Shown in pieces: positions 45,971 through 56,813 of a stretch of 64,000 nt of DNA. The translations under genes were made by a program, and so were the position numbers. The notes below the pieces were generated by a model, which was not told the DNA's origin, made no database searches, and saw nothing but the letters and a program-made list of their open reading frames with translations. The number at the start of each line of letters is the position of its first letter. Within the stretch, counting starts at the first letter, position 1. Source of the DNA: an uncultured Bdellovibrionales bacterium (GTDB lineage Bacteria; Patescibacteriota; Minisyncoccia; Moranbacterales; UBA1568); NCBI GenBank assembly GCA_964579335.1, contig CAZOFS010000002.1, positions 9,581 to 73,580 of the forward strand. The letters run 5' to 3'.

Positions 45971-47350
45971 CTAATCTTCAACCAGGGTATCACTCCCCGC
46001 TTCGCTCAACACAAAGGGTCGATTGAGCTTGAACTGATGTTTTTCGGTTCCGCTCGAGCGTAAGATTGTCACCGTCACTGGGACATCATTCACCCCAGCT
46101 TGTTTTTCGATTTTGAGATCATACTCATCAGCCGAGAGTGTCTCTGGCAAATGATACTCCCAGGTAACTTTTTTCGTCGTCCCGAGTGGCACATGCACCA
46201 GCGCGCCAAAGTATTTTTTCTCGAGTTCCGAGCCAAAAACAGCTGGCTTAAACGGACCATCAACTCGCTCGAGCCAACTCGCCTCGGGCACATAGAGCCG
46301 CGCAAAGGTTTGGTAGTCCCGAGTCATATAATCTTTTTCCTTGGCCGTATGTTCGTAGGTCACCGCCGCCGTCACTTTGGCTGGAGTGCTCCTGAGATCA
46401 ACCGTGTAGTCGATAGAACGGCGCATCCGGTAGTCACTTTTGAGAGCATTGAGGTTGGAATCAACCAAGAGAAAATAATCCTTGTCCCAGGCTTGATCGA
46501 GCTCCCCACTCCAACCTGACGCACGGACGGTCTCCTGGAGTGCCTCATCTTTGAACATGATCTGAATATCTTTTTTGTGGAGATCATCCAACACCACCTT
46601 AAACAGTTCATACTTTTTGGGAAACGATAGCTCCTTGGCCTTGGCCAGGATAATATTCCCCAAATCATGCATCACCTGTTTGCGGTCTCCACGTTCTATA
46701 CCTTGTTTGTAAAACGCTTGTTCCACCTGGTACTCGAGGTCGAGCACGCCGGTCTCAGCGTCGTACTCACCTGGGTAGCCAGGCACCTCGACTGGCCCCG
46801 TTACCGAAAGAAATGATGACAATACATGGGTGGTAATCCCAATCACGCCATCAAACTGCTCCTTGCCCTCCCCCATATGATAAAAATCTTCGGCTGCCTT
46901 GGCATTGACCGCCCAATCAGGCGACACATTGGAGTCGCGAAGCTTCAAACTCTTGACGCCCAAAGTTTCACGCATCGGGTACGGCGCTGGCACAGTATCG
47001 GGGATACGGCCGTCAAAGTTGATCACATCGTGTGAAGAAAATTCGGTTACGCTGCCGTCTTTAACTTTGAGAATCCCAAAAGAGCCGATGAAACCGCCGC
47101 CTGGGCGGAGCTCCATATTGTTTTGAAACAAGACAAGAAAGACCTTCTCTTCACCATCAGTATCGAGAAAGTGCTCAGCAATTTTGATCACCGCCTTGAG
47201 GTCTCCTTGCATCTCTTCAGAAACCGGCAAAATATTGGAAAGATCGGTCAATGAATCAAGGCTCCCCGAGCGAGTAGCCCAATAGAAATACCATGCTCCC
47301 AGAAGGAGGCCTGAGGTGAAGATAAACCCAATCCAAAATTTCCAGGTCAT
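45971..47350 (-). CDS. DUF4012-domain membrane-anchored protein
   Basis: LVLFQNNMELRPGGGFIGS, RDSN.SPD, DGVI, KSD, KQAG. Confidence 0.85.
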   Translation of the reverse strand: MTWKFWIGFIFTSGLLLGAWYFYWATRSGSLDSLTDLSNILPVSEEMQGDLKAVIKIAEHFLDTDGEEKVFLVLFQNNMELRPGGGFIGSFGILKVKDGSVTEFSSHDVINFDGRIPDTVPAPYPMRETLGVKSLKLRDSNVSPDWAVNAKAAEDFYHMGEGKEQFDGVIGITTHVLSSFLSVTGPVEVPGYPGEYDAETGVLDLEYQVEQAFYKQGIERGDRKQVMHDLGNIILAKAKELSFPKKYELFKVVLDDLHKKDIQIMFKDEALQETVRASGWSGELDQAWDKDYFLLVDSNLNALKSDYRMRRSIDYTVDLRSTPAKVTAAVTYEHTAKEKDYMTRDYQTFARLYVPEASWLERVDGPFKPAVFGSELEKKYFGALVHVPLGTTKKVTWEYHLPETLSADEYDLKIEKQAGVNDVPVTVTILRSSGTEKHQFKLNRPFVLSEAGSDTLVED

Positions 47351-47442
47351 AGGAAAGTTGTTGAGAATGTTACGGGTTGAAATGTTTGCAGCCAAACACA
47401 CAATCAACTTTCTAAACCTTCCAAACTTTTCAACATCTCTTT

Positions 47443-48576
47443 TTACAGTCTACCAGACAATAATTCATTCAAACGCCGTTTGTATTCATCCTGCGTTGGC
47501 TCAGCGTCCATAGCTTCACTCGAAGCTCCATCATTTCCCAGCACGGCCTCTGCTTCAGCAGCCTGCATTCGAGCCGTTGCATCGATATCAGCTCGTACCA
47601 AACGAGCGTTGGCGGCCTCAAGCGGTGACAAATCATCCATGATCGGCAGATTGTCTGGGGCTTTCCCGGTGGCGATACCCCGGGCTCGCACCAAATCTTC
47701 ATTAACCGCTTGAATAGCGTCTGGTTCAACTCCTTTAGTTTCAGTGTTTTCGAATACTTGAGCCACTGACTCTCGCTCTTGAAACACTGATTCCACCGCC
47801 ACGGTTTCGGGTTGATACGTGGCTTGAACTGTCGCTGGTTCAAGAGAAGTCGCTTCAAAGCCTATTGGCTCAGACTCAACCGGTGATTGAACTGGTTGTG
47901 GCATATCAGACTGGCCTTGGTACCCTTGCGACCAATACGGCACTTCGACACTGGGTCGAAAGGTTTCTGGAGGAATGGAGTGCGTGAGGGTTCGTCGAGG
48001 ACGGGTAGCCACCACATAGTCCAATCCCGTTATCAAGAGGAAAAAAAGGCTCGTCACACCGAAACCAACAGTGAGACTAGCGCCAATATAGAGTGGCCAC
48101 TCACGCACAACTTCGTTTTGGCGTGGACCATCAATCACGCGGATATCAAGTTCTGTTTCAACGTTGTAGTAGCGACTGACTGTGCTCGCAATGTGCGTGA
48201 GGACAAGCTGCGTTAGACGCTCGCTTTTGATACGATCCGTCTCCGCTACCTTGACCTCGAGAATACTCGTCATCGGCTCGAGTGTGGCCGTAAACACCGG
48301 CCGTTCGATCAGGGCTGATACCGTTTGTAGGAAACTGGTCGGACGTTTGGAATTGAGACCCTGCCAGGCTGTTTGGACCTGCTGTTGCACTGTAGGCGTC
48401 ATGAGTACTCGCTCAATATTGGCTGGCGCTGCGACAAAAGGAGCCTGTTTGGGAAGAACGATAAAGCGCGTGGTACTCTCAACGGCTGAAAATGTACCAA
48501 ACAGAAAGAGGGCTGACGCCAAGGTAAGCGCCGCCCAGGTCACCCAGAAATAGATCGAGAAAAATTTACGCAACAT
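47443..48576 (-). CDS. Wzz/CapA-like two-TM protein with an acidic disordered tail
   Basis: TM-loop-TM topology with IRVIDGP before TM2; C-terminal EPT.DEYKRRLNELL. Confidence 0.55.
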   Translation of the reverse strand: MLRKFFSIYFWVTWAALTLASALFLFGTFSAVESTTRFIVLPKQAPFVAAPANIERVLMTPTVQQQVQTAWQGLNSKRPTSFLQTVSALIERPVFTATLEPMTSILEVKVAETDRIKSERLTQLVLTHIASTVSRYYNVETELDIRVIDGPRQNEVVREWPLYIGASLTVGFGVTSLFFLLITGLDYVVATRPRRTLTHSIPPETFRPSVEVPYWSQGYQGQSDMPQPVQSPVESEPIGFEATSLEPATVQATYQPETVAVESVFQERESVAQVFENTETKGVEPDAIQAVNEDLVRARGIATGKAPDNLPIMDDLSPLEAANARLVRADIDATARMQAAEAEAVLGNDGASSEAMDAEPTQDEYKRRLNELLSGRL

Positions 48577-49744
48577 GTTTGGACTGAAAATGATAACGTG
48601 CCTCGTGCTCAGCTACAACCTCTTCATACACCTCAACAGTTTTGGCCGCAATCGCCCCCCAGCTGTAGTGAGTTTCAATGCGCTCTTTGGCCACAACACC
48701 CAACTTCTCGGCTTCGTCGGGACGATTCACATAGTAAGCCATCTCTTGCTTAAGTGACTCGACGTTTTTGGTTTCAAAGATAGCTCCAGCACCACCCCGA
48801 GCCAGCTCCACATTGGCTGGAATACTCGATACAATAGTTGGCACACCAAAGGCCATCGCCTCAAGGAGAGCGACCGAAAGCCCCTCATCTTCAGACGGCT
48901 GGACAAACATCCCCGCTTCTGTAAAGAGTGTCATCAGGGGTTCACCCGAAAGTTCTCCGGTAAAGATAATATTGGAACGACCCGCCGCCATGACCTTGAG
49001 ATACTCCTCATAAGCCTTGGTTTCCTTGGTATTGGTATGAGTCCCCACGATCACGAGTTTGTAGTTATTGGGGAGCTTATTGGTATCCTCAAGCTCCATG
49101 AAGGCCTTGATGAGGTACTGGATACCTTTGTGTCCTACCAAGCGCGAAACTGAAAGTGCATAGTAGCCTGGACGCACGCCATACTGACTCATGATAGTGG
49201 CATTGTGAACTGGAACTACTTCCGCTCCATTAGGGATAGTCACCGCATCACAGTGATAAAAACTCTTGGCATAGTGAGCCAGATGTTCACTCACTGCGAT
49301 AGTACGTTCAGGGATATGGCAGGTAAAGAATTCAGCCGCCTTGAGACAGAGCTGTGCAAAAAACCCCCACTTTTTGTGAAAGTAGTCACGGCTGTGAAAC
49401 GTCGCAATCACGCGGACGCTCGGTTTCAAAATACGTGGGATAAACGAAAGAATCGATGGCCCAATTGATTGATAATGGATCACATCATAATCTTGAAAGA
49501 GCGCATGCATAGTCGCCAAGAACGTATGCGACAAAGCATCCCAATGTTTGGTATGGAGAGAAGGCAAAGAAATGAGCCGCACGCCTTTGAAGGACGTCTT
49601 CGCTTTGGGCGTGTACCAAGGACGGGTATACACGGTAACCTCGTGCCCGAGAGAACGGAGCTCAGTAGCCAGCTTTTCCACATGTTTTTCCACTCCTCCT
49701 GAGAGGGCTGGAATCCCCTTTTGTCCGATGAAGGCGATTTTCAT
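48566..49744 (-). CDS. GT4 glycosyltransferase
   Basis: GQKGIPA.SGGVE, IPNG, SRL..HKG, EGLSVALLEAM. Confidence 0.93.
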   Translation of the reverse strand: MKIAFIGQKGIPALSGGVEKHVEKLATELRSLGHEVTVYTRPWYTPKAKTSFKGVRLISLPSLHTKHWDALSHTFLATMHALFQDYDVIHYQSIGPSILSFIPRILKPSVRVIATFHSRDYFHKKWGFFAQLCLKAAEFFTCHIPERTIAVSEHLAHYAKSFYHCDAVTIPNGAEVVPVHNATIMSQYGVRPGYYALSVSRLVGHKGIQYLIKAFMELEDTNKLPNNYKLVIVGTHTNTKETKAYEEYLKVMAAGRSNIIFTGELSGEPLMTLFTEAGMFVQPSEDEGLSVALLEAMAFGVPTIVSSIPANVELARGGAGAIFETKNVESLKQEMAYYVNRPDEAEKLGVVAKERIETHYSWGAIAAKTVEVYEEVVAEHEARYHFQSKHVA

Positions 49745-49775
49745 AGGGTTTTCTGGCCACATGAATTAACTTGAC

Positions 49776-49804
49776 ATACTAGCAAAAAAATTGATTTCTG
49801 TCAA
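49776..49804 (-). promoter_or_regulatory. Promoter of the GT4 / wzz-like unit
   Basis: TTGACA-17 nt-TAGTAT. Confidence 0.55.
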
Positions 49805-49982
49805 CTCTACCAACTCCTCGCAACCCCCTTCATATTGGTCTGTCTCAATACTCAAAAAAATGGCTTATTTAAAGCAAAAAATGAGTTATTTTCATGCAAT
49901 AATGAGTAGGGACATCAATTCTTTGTCAAGAGAGGAAATAACGGTTAAAATAGAGAAAAAGCTCATCCAAACCAAAAATTTC

Positions 49983-52094
49983 ATGTCACTCCATACTCTT
50001 TTTGCCCCCAAAAGCATCGCTGTCATCGGCGCTTCGACACGGGCTGGATCAGTCGGCAATGATGTCGCTAAGAATCTCGTCAAGAGTGATTTCCGCGGTG
50101 AAGTGTATCTCGTCAATCCCAAAGGAGGCGAGCTCCTGGGGAAAACCTGCTACCCATCTATCGGGGCTATCTCCGAATCAGTCGATCTCGCTATTATCAT
50201 CGTCCCTGCATCTGTCGTTCCTGCTGTACTCCGAGAAGCCGGTGAAAAAATGGTGCGAGCGGCGGTGATTATTTCGGCTGGTTTCAAAGAAACAGGAGAA
50301 GCTGGCCATGCACTTGAAGCTGAAATTGTAGCCATCGCCCAAGAATACAACATTGAGCTCCTTGGTCCCAACTGTCTCGGCTTTATCCGGCCCCAAGCTT
50401 TTCTCAACGCTTCCTTTGCCTCTACCCTCCCCGTCGATGGTCCGATTGCCTTTTTCTCCCAGAGCGGTGCTCTCACCAGTGCTTTTCTAGACTTGAGCCG
50501 TGGGAAACTTGGCTTCTCCACCTTTGCCTCAATCGGGAACAAAGCACTCATCAATGAACGCACGCTCCTCGCTCACTTTGGCGAAGACGAGAGCACCCGT
50601 GTCATTGGCTTCTACACCGAAGGGCTCGAGAAAGCCGGAGAAATTATCACTCTCGGTCATAAACTCCTCGCTAAAGGCAAGCCTGTGATTGCCCTCAAAT
50701 CTGGCACTACCGAGGCTGGTACACAGGCTTCAAGCTCGCACACCGGGGCAGTCGCCGGCAGTGACGCTGCTTATGACGCCTTGTTTCGCCAAGCTGGCAT
50801 GATACGAGCCGCCCATTTTCAGGAACTCCTCGAGCTCCTCTCTGCCTTTGCTCACAATCCTCTCCCTCGAGGAAACCGCGTTGCTATCGTGACCAATGCG
50901 GGTGGACTCGGAGTCCTCGCAACCGATGCTTGTATAGAAAATGGACTCGAACTCGCCAAGCTTGAGGCATCAACTATGGATGAACTGCAAAAGGTTTTGC
51001 CCCCAGCGGCCAATAGTCATAACCCCATCGATGTCCTCGGCGATGCATTGGCCGAGCGTTATGCCCAAGCACTCACTATCGTCGCAAAGGACAAAAATGT
51101 AGACCTCCTCCTCATTATCCTCACACCACAAACCATGACCGAGGATGAGAAAACAGCCAAGGCTATCGTAGCCCTCAGGAAAAAACATCCTGCCCTCGCT
51201 ATGGTAACTGTCTTCTCCGGCAAAGAACTCATCGCCACAGGAGAACGCGTGCTCGAGGAGGCCCATATCCCCAATTATCTCTACCCCGAAAGAGCCGCTC
51301 GTGCCCTCGGAGCATTGGCGCAAGTAAAAAACTGGAAGCAGTTAGTCAGTGAACCATCGACTACTCCTACTCTCCCTGTGATTGACACAGCCAAGGCTCA
51401 AGCAGTATTGGATGCAGCTAAGGCCAAAGATGAATTAGAGCTTGGTGAACAAATGACGACGGAGTTCCTCAAAGCCTATGAGCTCCCATTTCTCGAAAGT
51501 GCGCTCGTCACTACCGGTCCCGAAGCCCAAGCCTTTGCCGAGAAACTCGGGAAACCGATAGCACTCAAGATTGCTTCTCCCGATATTATTCATAAATCAG
51601 ATGTTGGTGGTGTCATCCTCGATATCGATCCCACGCTCGCGGGCGAAGCCTTTGATCACCTCATCCAAACCGTCACTGCCCATGTGCCCGATGCCCGGAT
51701 CACTGGTGCCATGGCTGTCGAAATGGCCGAGCCCAAGTGCCTCGAACTGCTCCTCGGCCTTAAATCTGAGCCTGGGCTCGGCACGCTCGTGGTCGTTGGT
51801 CTCGGCGGTATTTATGTCGAAGTATTTAAAGATGTAAGTATGCGCTTTGCACCACTCACCGAGCGAGATATGGAGGCTATGCTCGATGAACTCCAGGCAG
51901 CGCCACTCCTCCGTGGTGCCCGAGGCCAAACCCCCGTTGATCGAGAGCAACTCAAACGTTATCTCGCCTGTCTTTCCGATATCGCCGTACGTTTTCCCGA
52001 TATTGTTGAGCTCGATATCAACCCCCTCGCTATCGCTCCCGATGGTACCACTATGCGTATCCTCGATGCTCGCCTGCGACTGCGAGACAATTAA
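49983..52094 (+). CDS. Acetate--CoA ligase (ADP-forming), fused alpha/beta subunits
   Basis: PKSIAVIGAS, GPNCLG, SQSG, SSHTGA (phospho-His), HKSDVGGV, LDINPL; no GNAT domain. Confidence 0.9.
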   Translation: MSLHTLFAPKSIAVIGASTRAGSVGNDVAKNLVKSDFRGEVYLVNPKGGELLGKTCYPSIGAISESVDLAIIIVPASVVPAVLREAGEKMVRAAVIISAGFKETGEAGHALEAEIVAIAQEYNIELLGPNCLGFIRPQAFLNASFASTLPVDGPIAFFSQSGALTSAFLDLSRGKLGFSTFASIGNKALINERTLLAHFGEDESTRVIGFYTEGLEKAGEIITLGHKLLAKGKPVIALKSGTTEAGTQASSSHTGAVAGSDAAYDALFRQAGMIRAAHFQELLELLSAFAHNPLPRGNRVAIVTNAGGLGVLATDACIENGLELAKLEASTMDELQKVLPPAANSHNPIDVLGDALAERYAQALTIVAKDKNVDLLLIILTPQTMTEDEKTAKAIVALRKKHPALAMVTVFSGKELIATGERVLEEAHIPNYLYPERAARALGALAQVKNWKQLVSEPSTTPTLPVIDTAKAQAVLDAAKAKDELELGEQMTTEFLKAYELPFLESALVTTGPEAQAFAEKLGKPIALKIASPDIIHKSDVGGVILDIDPTLAGEAFDHLIQTVTAHVPDARITGAMAVEMAEPKCLELLLGLKSEPGLGTLVVVGLGGIYVEVFKDVSMRFAPLTERDMEAMLDELQAAPLLRGARGQTPVDREQLKRYLACLSDIAVRFPDIVELDINPLAIAPDGTTMRILDARLRLRDN

Positions 52095-52107
52095 ATAAAA
52101 TACCTAC

Positions 52108-52144
52108 AAAAAAGTTGTGGCCTGAACGGGGTTCCGTCCAGGCC
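52108..52144 (-). terminator. Hairpin terminator
   Basis: GGCCTGAACGG...CCGTCCAGGCC with an upstream A tract (T tract on the minus strand). Confidence 0.6.
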
Positions 52145-52159
52145 GAATTGATGTTGACC

Positions 52160-52342
52160 TCAGTTGGTCAACGAGGTGGCCTGAGAGGGCGAGTACTCGA
52201 TGACGATCCAGGTCATAGTCGCAAAGGCGGCCAGAAGAAAAGCAGCAAATCCCCGCCAAAACCTCCTCTGCCACCGCCGATCCTCGTATTCCAGCTTGCG
52301 CTGTCGATCGGGGACCTGAAAATATTCATTGGGTGGAGGCAC
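52160..52342 (-). CDS. 60-aa single-pass membrane protein (SD-led, GTG start)
   Basis: GGGAG before GTG; basic segment then TM helix; terminator downstream. Confidence 0.5.
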   Translation of the reverse strand: MPPPNEYFQVPDRQRKLEYEDRRWQRRFWRGFAAFLLAAFATMTWIVIEYSPSQATSLTN

Positions 52343-52374
52343 TATCGCTCCCTGAAGTTGAGAACAGTATATTT

Positions 52375-53604
52375 TTAGCCTGTTTTTTTGTTTTTGTCAA
52401 CCGAGGCCAGTAGTTGACTGTAGATAGTTTCAAGATTTGCTAAATAGGTTTCCTCGCGCAAGTCCTGAATACTCTCCCATGCATTGCGACCGAGGGCGGT
52501 GAGATCAAAGGTACTGAAGCGCTGTATCGCCTGAGCCAGACTTTCGGGATTACCCGCCTCGAAAAGAAAGCCATTGGCACTGTCTTGAATCCGTTCGGGG
52601 ATACCACCGAGATTGGAGCCGATTACCGGGAGCCCATAGGAGAGGGCTTCGAGCACCGCATACGGCATATTTTCGTACCACTCTGAGGAGATGATGAAGG
52701 CTTTGGCACCTCGAAAGGTGGCTTCGAGCATTTCGCCTGTTTGATGTCCGACAAATACCACATTGGAGAGTCCAGCCTCGTCCTGAAACTGTTTGAGTGC
52801 CGCTTCATCGGGGCCAGTACCAGCTATCACCAGGCGCTCATGCGAGAGGAGAGCAAAGGCTCGGAGCAAAGTCGTTACCCCCTTTTCTTGTGACAAGCGC
52901 CCAGCGAACAAAAAATACTTGCCTTGACCAAACGTAGTTGGTGGTACGGGAAAGGGAGTAAGGGGTTGTGAAACATGCTCTATAGGATACGGGAAGCCAA
53001 GTTTTTGATACTCCGCTATGAGAAATCGGCTTGGGGCGATGAATTGCCCGACGAGACTGTAACTTTTGATGGTAGTGTGGAGCCACTGCTCGAGTGCACA
53101 GACGAGACTTTTGAGGTACGAGTTTTTGACGGCTCGATCGATGATAGCGCGCCACCCGGACGTATGCTCCCAAATTTTTCCGCGTACAAACAAACTATAA
53201 TTGGGCGACACAGCTTTGTAATCATGGAGAGTCATCACGATGGGCACATGGGCTCGCTTGAGCGTCCAGAGGATCGAAGGCGAAAGTTGATGATAGGTAT
53301 TGTGGAGATGCGCCACATCTGGCTGGAAATCCTCGATGAGTGTTTTGAGCTTGCGGCTGGCTTCAAAATTCCAGACAATACGACTCGCGGCTTTGAGCTT
53401 ATTCAGAAATGATTGTTCACCATCAAGATAGTCGACTTGACTGACAAAATACGGCGCACAGGGCGTTGGCTCATTGTCCGGATGCTCCATAGCAAAAAAA
53501 GCGACCTCGTGGCCATTTTCTGCTAAAATACGGGCAGTATCAAAGTAAGCTCGCTCAGCGCCGCCCTTCTTGTAGTGAAATTTGTTGATGAGGAGAATAC
53601 GCAT
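52375..53604 (-). CDS. GT4 glycosyltransferase
   Basis: GGAE, HLHN, TLHDY, GRLSQEKG, ENMPYAVLEA. Confidence 0.93.
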   Translation of the reverse strand: MRILLINKFHYKKGGAERAYFDTARILAENGHEVAFFAMEHPDNEPTPCAPYFVSQVDYLDGEQSFLNKLKAASRIVWNFEASRKLKTLIEDFQPDVAHLHNTYHQLSPSILWTLKRAHVPIVMTLHDYKAVSPNYSLFVRGKIWEHTSGWRAIIDRAVKNSYLKSLVCALEQWLHTTIKSYSLVGQFIAPSRFLIAEYQKLGFPYPIEHVSQPLTPFPVPPTTFGQGKYFLFAGRLSQEKGVTTLLRAFALLSHERLVIAGTGPDEAALKQFQDEAGLSNVVFVGHQTGEMLEATFRGAKAFIISSEWYENMPYAVLEALSYGLPVIGSNLGGIPERIQDSANGFLFEAGNPESLAQAIQRFSTFDLTALGRNAWESIQDLREETYLANLETIYSQLLASVDKNKKTG

Positions 53605-53606
53605 TT

Positions 53607-53655
53607 TGGTATATAGTATCTGGTATTTGGTATCTAGTATAAAGTATAGCGTATT
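53607..53655. repeat. Degenerate 7-bp tandem repeat, 7 copies
   Basis: tggtata tagtatc tggtatt tggtatc tagtata aagtata gcgtatt. Confidence 0.75.
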
Positions 53656-53779
53656 TTTTCTCTGGCAGAGCTAGGACAAGTTTTTGAACGACCGCGAACA
53701 CACCATCGTTCAGGGAGGAAAAAACTTGGACTGGCTCAAGCTTCAGGAAGAGAGGAAACCTAGGCATGCCAGCCAAAGT

Positions 53780-54442
53780 ATGAATATCATCGAACGTATC
53801 GCAAGCAGTATCTCAGGCAAAAGTCGGGCCAAGAAGTGGCTCCAGTTTTTGGCATGGGCCAAGACGTCACCTGAGACAACTCTCCTCGACATCGGGGTCA
53901 ATACCCATGAATACTCAGACCATGACAATCTCCTCGAACGACTCTACAGCTATCCGGGAAATATCACTGCCGTCGGGCTCGAAACTGACTGGGCCGAATT
54001 TCATGAGCGCTATCCACAAGTCAAAACCCTAACCGCCAATGGCACAGAGCTCCCCTTCGCTGACAACACGTTTGATATTGCCTACTCCAATGCTGTGATC
54101 GAACATGTGGGAAAGCATTCCCAACAACTCGCCTTCCTCCGAGAAATGAAGCGGGTGGCTCGACGCGGCTACTTCACCACGCCCAATCGCTTCTTCCCCA
54201 TCGAAGTCCACACTCGCCTCCCTCTCCTCCACCTCATTCTCCCAAAGTCTGGATTTGACTGGGTGGTGACCAAAATCGGCAAGGGCTGGGCCGCTGGTGA
54301 TTATATGCATCCCCTCTCGGCTTCCGACCTCCGCTCGCTCCTCACCGAAGCTGGTATACAAAAGTACACCCTGACCCGTAACCGTTTCTGTGGCTTTACG
54401 ATGACCCTTACCGTCTGGTGGGAGAAGGAAAAGAAAAAATAA
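53780..54442 (+). CDS. Class I SAM-dependent methyltransferase
   Basis: LLDIGV, LPFADNTFDIAYSNAVIEHV, TPNRFFPIEVH. Confidence 0.9.
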   Translation: MNIIERIASSISGKSRAKKWLQFLAWAKTSPETTLLDIGVNTHEYSDHDNLLERLYSYPGNITAVGLETDWAEFHERYPQVKTLTANGTELPFADNTFDIAYSNAVIEHVGKHSQQLAFLREMKRVARRGYFTTPNRFFPIEVHTRLPLLHLILPKSGFDWVVTKIGKGWAAGDYMHPLSASDLRSLLTEAGIQKYTLTRNRFCGFTMTLTVWWEKEKKK

Positions 54443-54619
54443 AATAGTAAAAATCAAAAACTGTCTGTCGATTCAGACTTTCCCTATTTGAACGGAAAAA
54501 TTCATACCAAGCCAATACTCAAGAGATGGACCTTCCATAAGAAATTAATACTCATCTTTATCAATGCAGTCTGTTACCACGCGTTTTATGAATTTTGAGT
54601 ACAAATAGGGAAAGTCACA

Positions 54620-56011
54620 ATGATTTCAAAACTACCTGATATGCAAGAGTCATCATTCAACTGGGATAGCCCGCTCGTTCTCCTCTCGCTTGGGAGTGGC
54701 CTCTTGTTTTTTACTCTGATCGCCCTCATCCTCGGCACCTCAGTCTTTATTCCTCTCAGTTTCATTCTTGGTATCGTCGCACTTATTCTCCTCTTCCGTG
54801 CTCCACTTCTCCTCCTGTCTTCGCTCTTTGTGGTGCGCATGTCGCTCGACTACTCATCTCAGTACATCAGCCTCACGCTGTTCAATATTACCCTCTCGCT
54901 CTCCCAACTCCTCGGCATCGGCATCGCATGCCTCGGTGTCATCGCCATCGTACGCCACTTTGACCGGCTCTGGCGTTTTCCTCTCCTCGCACCCTTTCTC
55001 ATCATCACGCTCTGGGGATGCATGACGCTCGCCTACTCTATCAGCTCCACAACCACCGCTTCCGAACTCTTGCGTTTCTTCAATCTCTTTGTCATCGGCT
55101 TTCTCGCCTATATCTCGACCACGCGGTACCGTGATTTCCGTACGCTTCTCCACGCTATTTTTCTTTCGAGCCTTCTCCCGATTCTCTTCGGACTCTACCA
55201 GTTTGTCAGTGGTATTGGCCTCCAGGATGAAAACGTGTCCATCCCCCGCATCTTTGGCACCTTTAGTCACCCTAATGTCTACAGCCTCTTCCTCTTTGCC
55301 CTCGTCGCCCTCGCTACTCTCTACATAATCGTCTACGCCAAAACCCGCGAGAGTCGACTCTTCATCCTGAGCTACCTCGTCCTTCTCATGGCGACCCTCC
55401 TCCTCACGTATGCCCGTATCGCTTGGATCACGCTCTTCGTTTTCCTCTTCCTCCTCACTCTCTGGCGGGCTCGCTTTCTCATCGCCCCTCTCATCCTCTT
55501 TCCACTTATTCTCATTACCTTTTCAGATACGGTGAGAGACCGGGTAGACGAAGCCTTTAACCCCACCCCCGATAGCTCCATCACCTGGCGCCAAAACCTG
55601 TGGCATGACATGATCGCCAAAACTGATTTCGAAAATCGCGGACTGCTCGGAAGCGGCATGGATACGTTTCGTCTTTCCTCGGAACAATTGCGCGGACTCC
55701 GCTTTGGCTCCAATGATCCACACAATGACTTTGTAAAATTCTATGTCGAAGGTGGCCTCATCGGGGTCATGGTTTTGGTGCTCTATATTGGCTCACTCCT
55801 CTTCCTCATCATCCATATCTACCGCACCACTCCGAGCCACAGCCTGCGTACTCTCGCCACTATCACGGGCTTTGTCATCTTTACCCTCCTCTTGGCGAGT
55901 CTCTCCGACAATGTCTTCAAAAACACGCCCGTTCAGTGGATCGTCTGGACACTCCTCGGGAGCCTCCTCGCCCTCTACCATCATACTTCCAAAAAAGAGC
56001 TAGTAGACTAG
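54620..56011 (+). CDS. O-antigen ligase/polymerase (Wzy_C) family protein
   Basis: About 12 TMs, RIFGTFSHPN, TYARIAW, R..LW, G.G, PHNDFV..YVEGG. Confidence 0.88.
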   Translation: MISKLPDMQESSFNWDSPLVLLSLGSGLLFFTLIALILGTSVFIPLSFILGIVALILLFRAPLLLLSSLFVVRMSLDYSSQYISLTLFNITLSLSQLLGIGIACLGVIAIVRHFDRLWRFPLLAPFLIITLWGCMTLAYSISSTTTASELLRFFNLFVIGFLAYISTTRYRDFRTLLHAIFLSSLLPILFGLYQFVSGIGLQDENVSIPRIFGTFSHPNVYSLFLFALVALATLYIIVYAKTRESRLFILSYLVLLMATLLLTYARIAWITLFVFLFLLTLWRARFLIAPLILFPLILITFSDTVRDRVDEAFNPTPDSSITWRQNLWHDMIAKTDFENRGLLGSGMDTFRLSSEQLRGLRFGSNDPHNDFVKFYVEGGLIGVMVLVLYIGSLLFLIIHIYRTTPSHSLRTLATITGFVIFTLLLASLSDNVFKNTPVQWIVWTLLGSLLALYHHTSKKELVD

Positions 56012-56024
56012 AGGGGTTGACTAC

Positions 56025-56813
56025 TCAGTATTGATATTCATCGACTGGTACGCGCCAGGTGACAAATTCCCCTCCGGTATCACCGAGCCAGTCACTGAGC
56101 CACACTTGGCAATTGTTGGACGTCATGCAACCCTCCGACCAGCCATTGTAATTTGAGTCAGTCCCACGCCAGTAGTCCATCCCGAGCTGGAGCCTCGCGT
56201 CGCCACTCACCCGCACCTCAGCTTCGATCAGGTAGCTTTTCCCCACCACTGCCTCCACCCGAGGAGTCGTCCAGCCATGGATAATGCCTTTGGGTATAAA
56301 GCGCGCATTGAGTGCATATATTCCGTCACCAAGGGCTGCTACAATCGGCTGTACTGCTGGTCCCCCGCCCGTAAACCAAGGGCTCCGATAATACGTGAGG
56401 TAATCAAAACCCACCCTCTCACTCCAGCGGGCATCGTCAAAGGTAACCGTTTGTTTCACACTTGTTTCCCCAGTTGAGAGATCACGCTCGAGGATTTTGA
56501 ATGATCGGAATTCCACCGTCGCCTCGGCCCCACGGTCACACGGTCTCACGGTCGCGATATTCCACATTCCGACGAGGTGGGTAAAGCCGAGATCCGTCAC
56601 GCGAGTAACAGGACTATACTCAGGTGCGATCGTTTGCTCGGCAAAAAAAGCTGAATCACTTCCGTCGCGCTCTATCGGGCTCGCTGCGGCATCAGGTTCG
56701 CTACCCACTGGACAACTCACATAGAGCGTATCGCTATCAACCATAGACACACTTCCCACGAACATGAGTCCAAGGAAGATGAGAATAATTCTTGACCACA
56801 CAAGACGGAACAT
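56025..56813 (-). CDS. Exported hypothetical protein, aromatic-rich beta-sandwich (CBM-like)
   Basis: N-terminal hydrophobic signal; GKSYLIEAEVRVSG strand pattern; many W/Y; Cys pairs. Confidence 0.65.
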   Translation of the reverse strand: MFRLVWSRIILIFLGLMFVGSVSMVDSDTLYVSCPVGSEPDAAASPIERDGSDSAFFAEQTIAPEYSPVTRVTDLGFTHLVGMWNIATVRPCDRGAEATVEFRSFKILERDLSTGETSVKQTVTFDDARWSERVGFDYLTYYRSPWFTGGGPAVQPIVAALGDGIYALNARFIPKGIIHGWTTPRVEAVVGKSYLIEAEVRVSGDARLQLGMDYWRGTDSNYNGWSEGCMTSNNCQVWLSDWLGDTGGEFVTWRVPVDEYQY

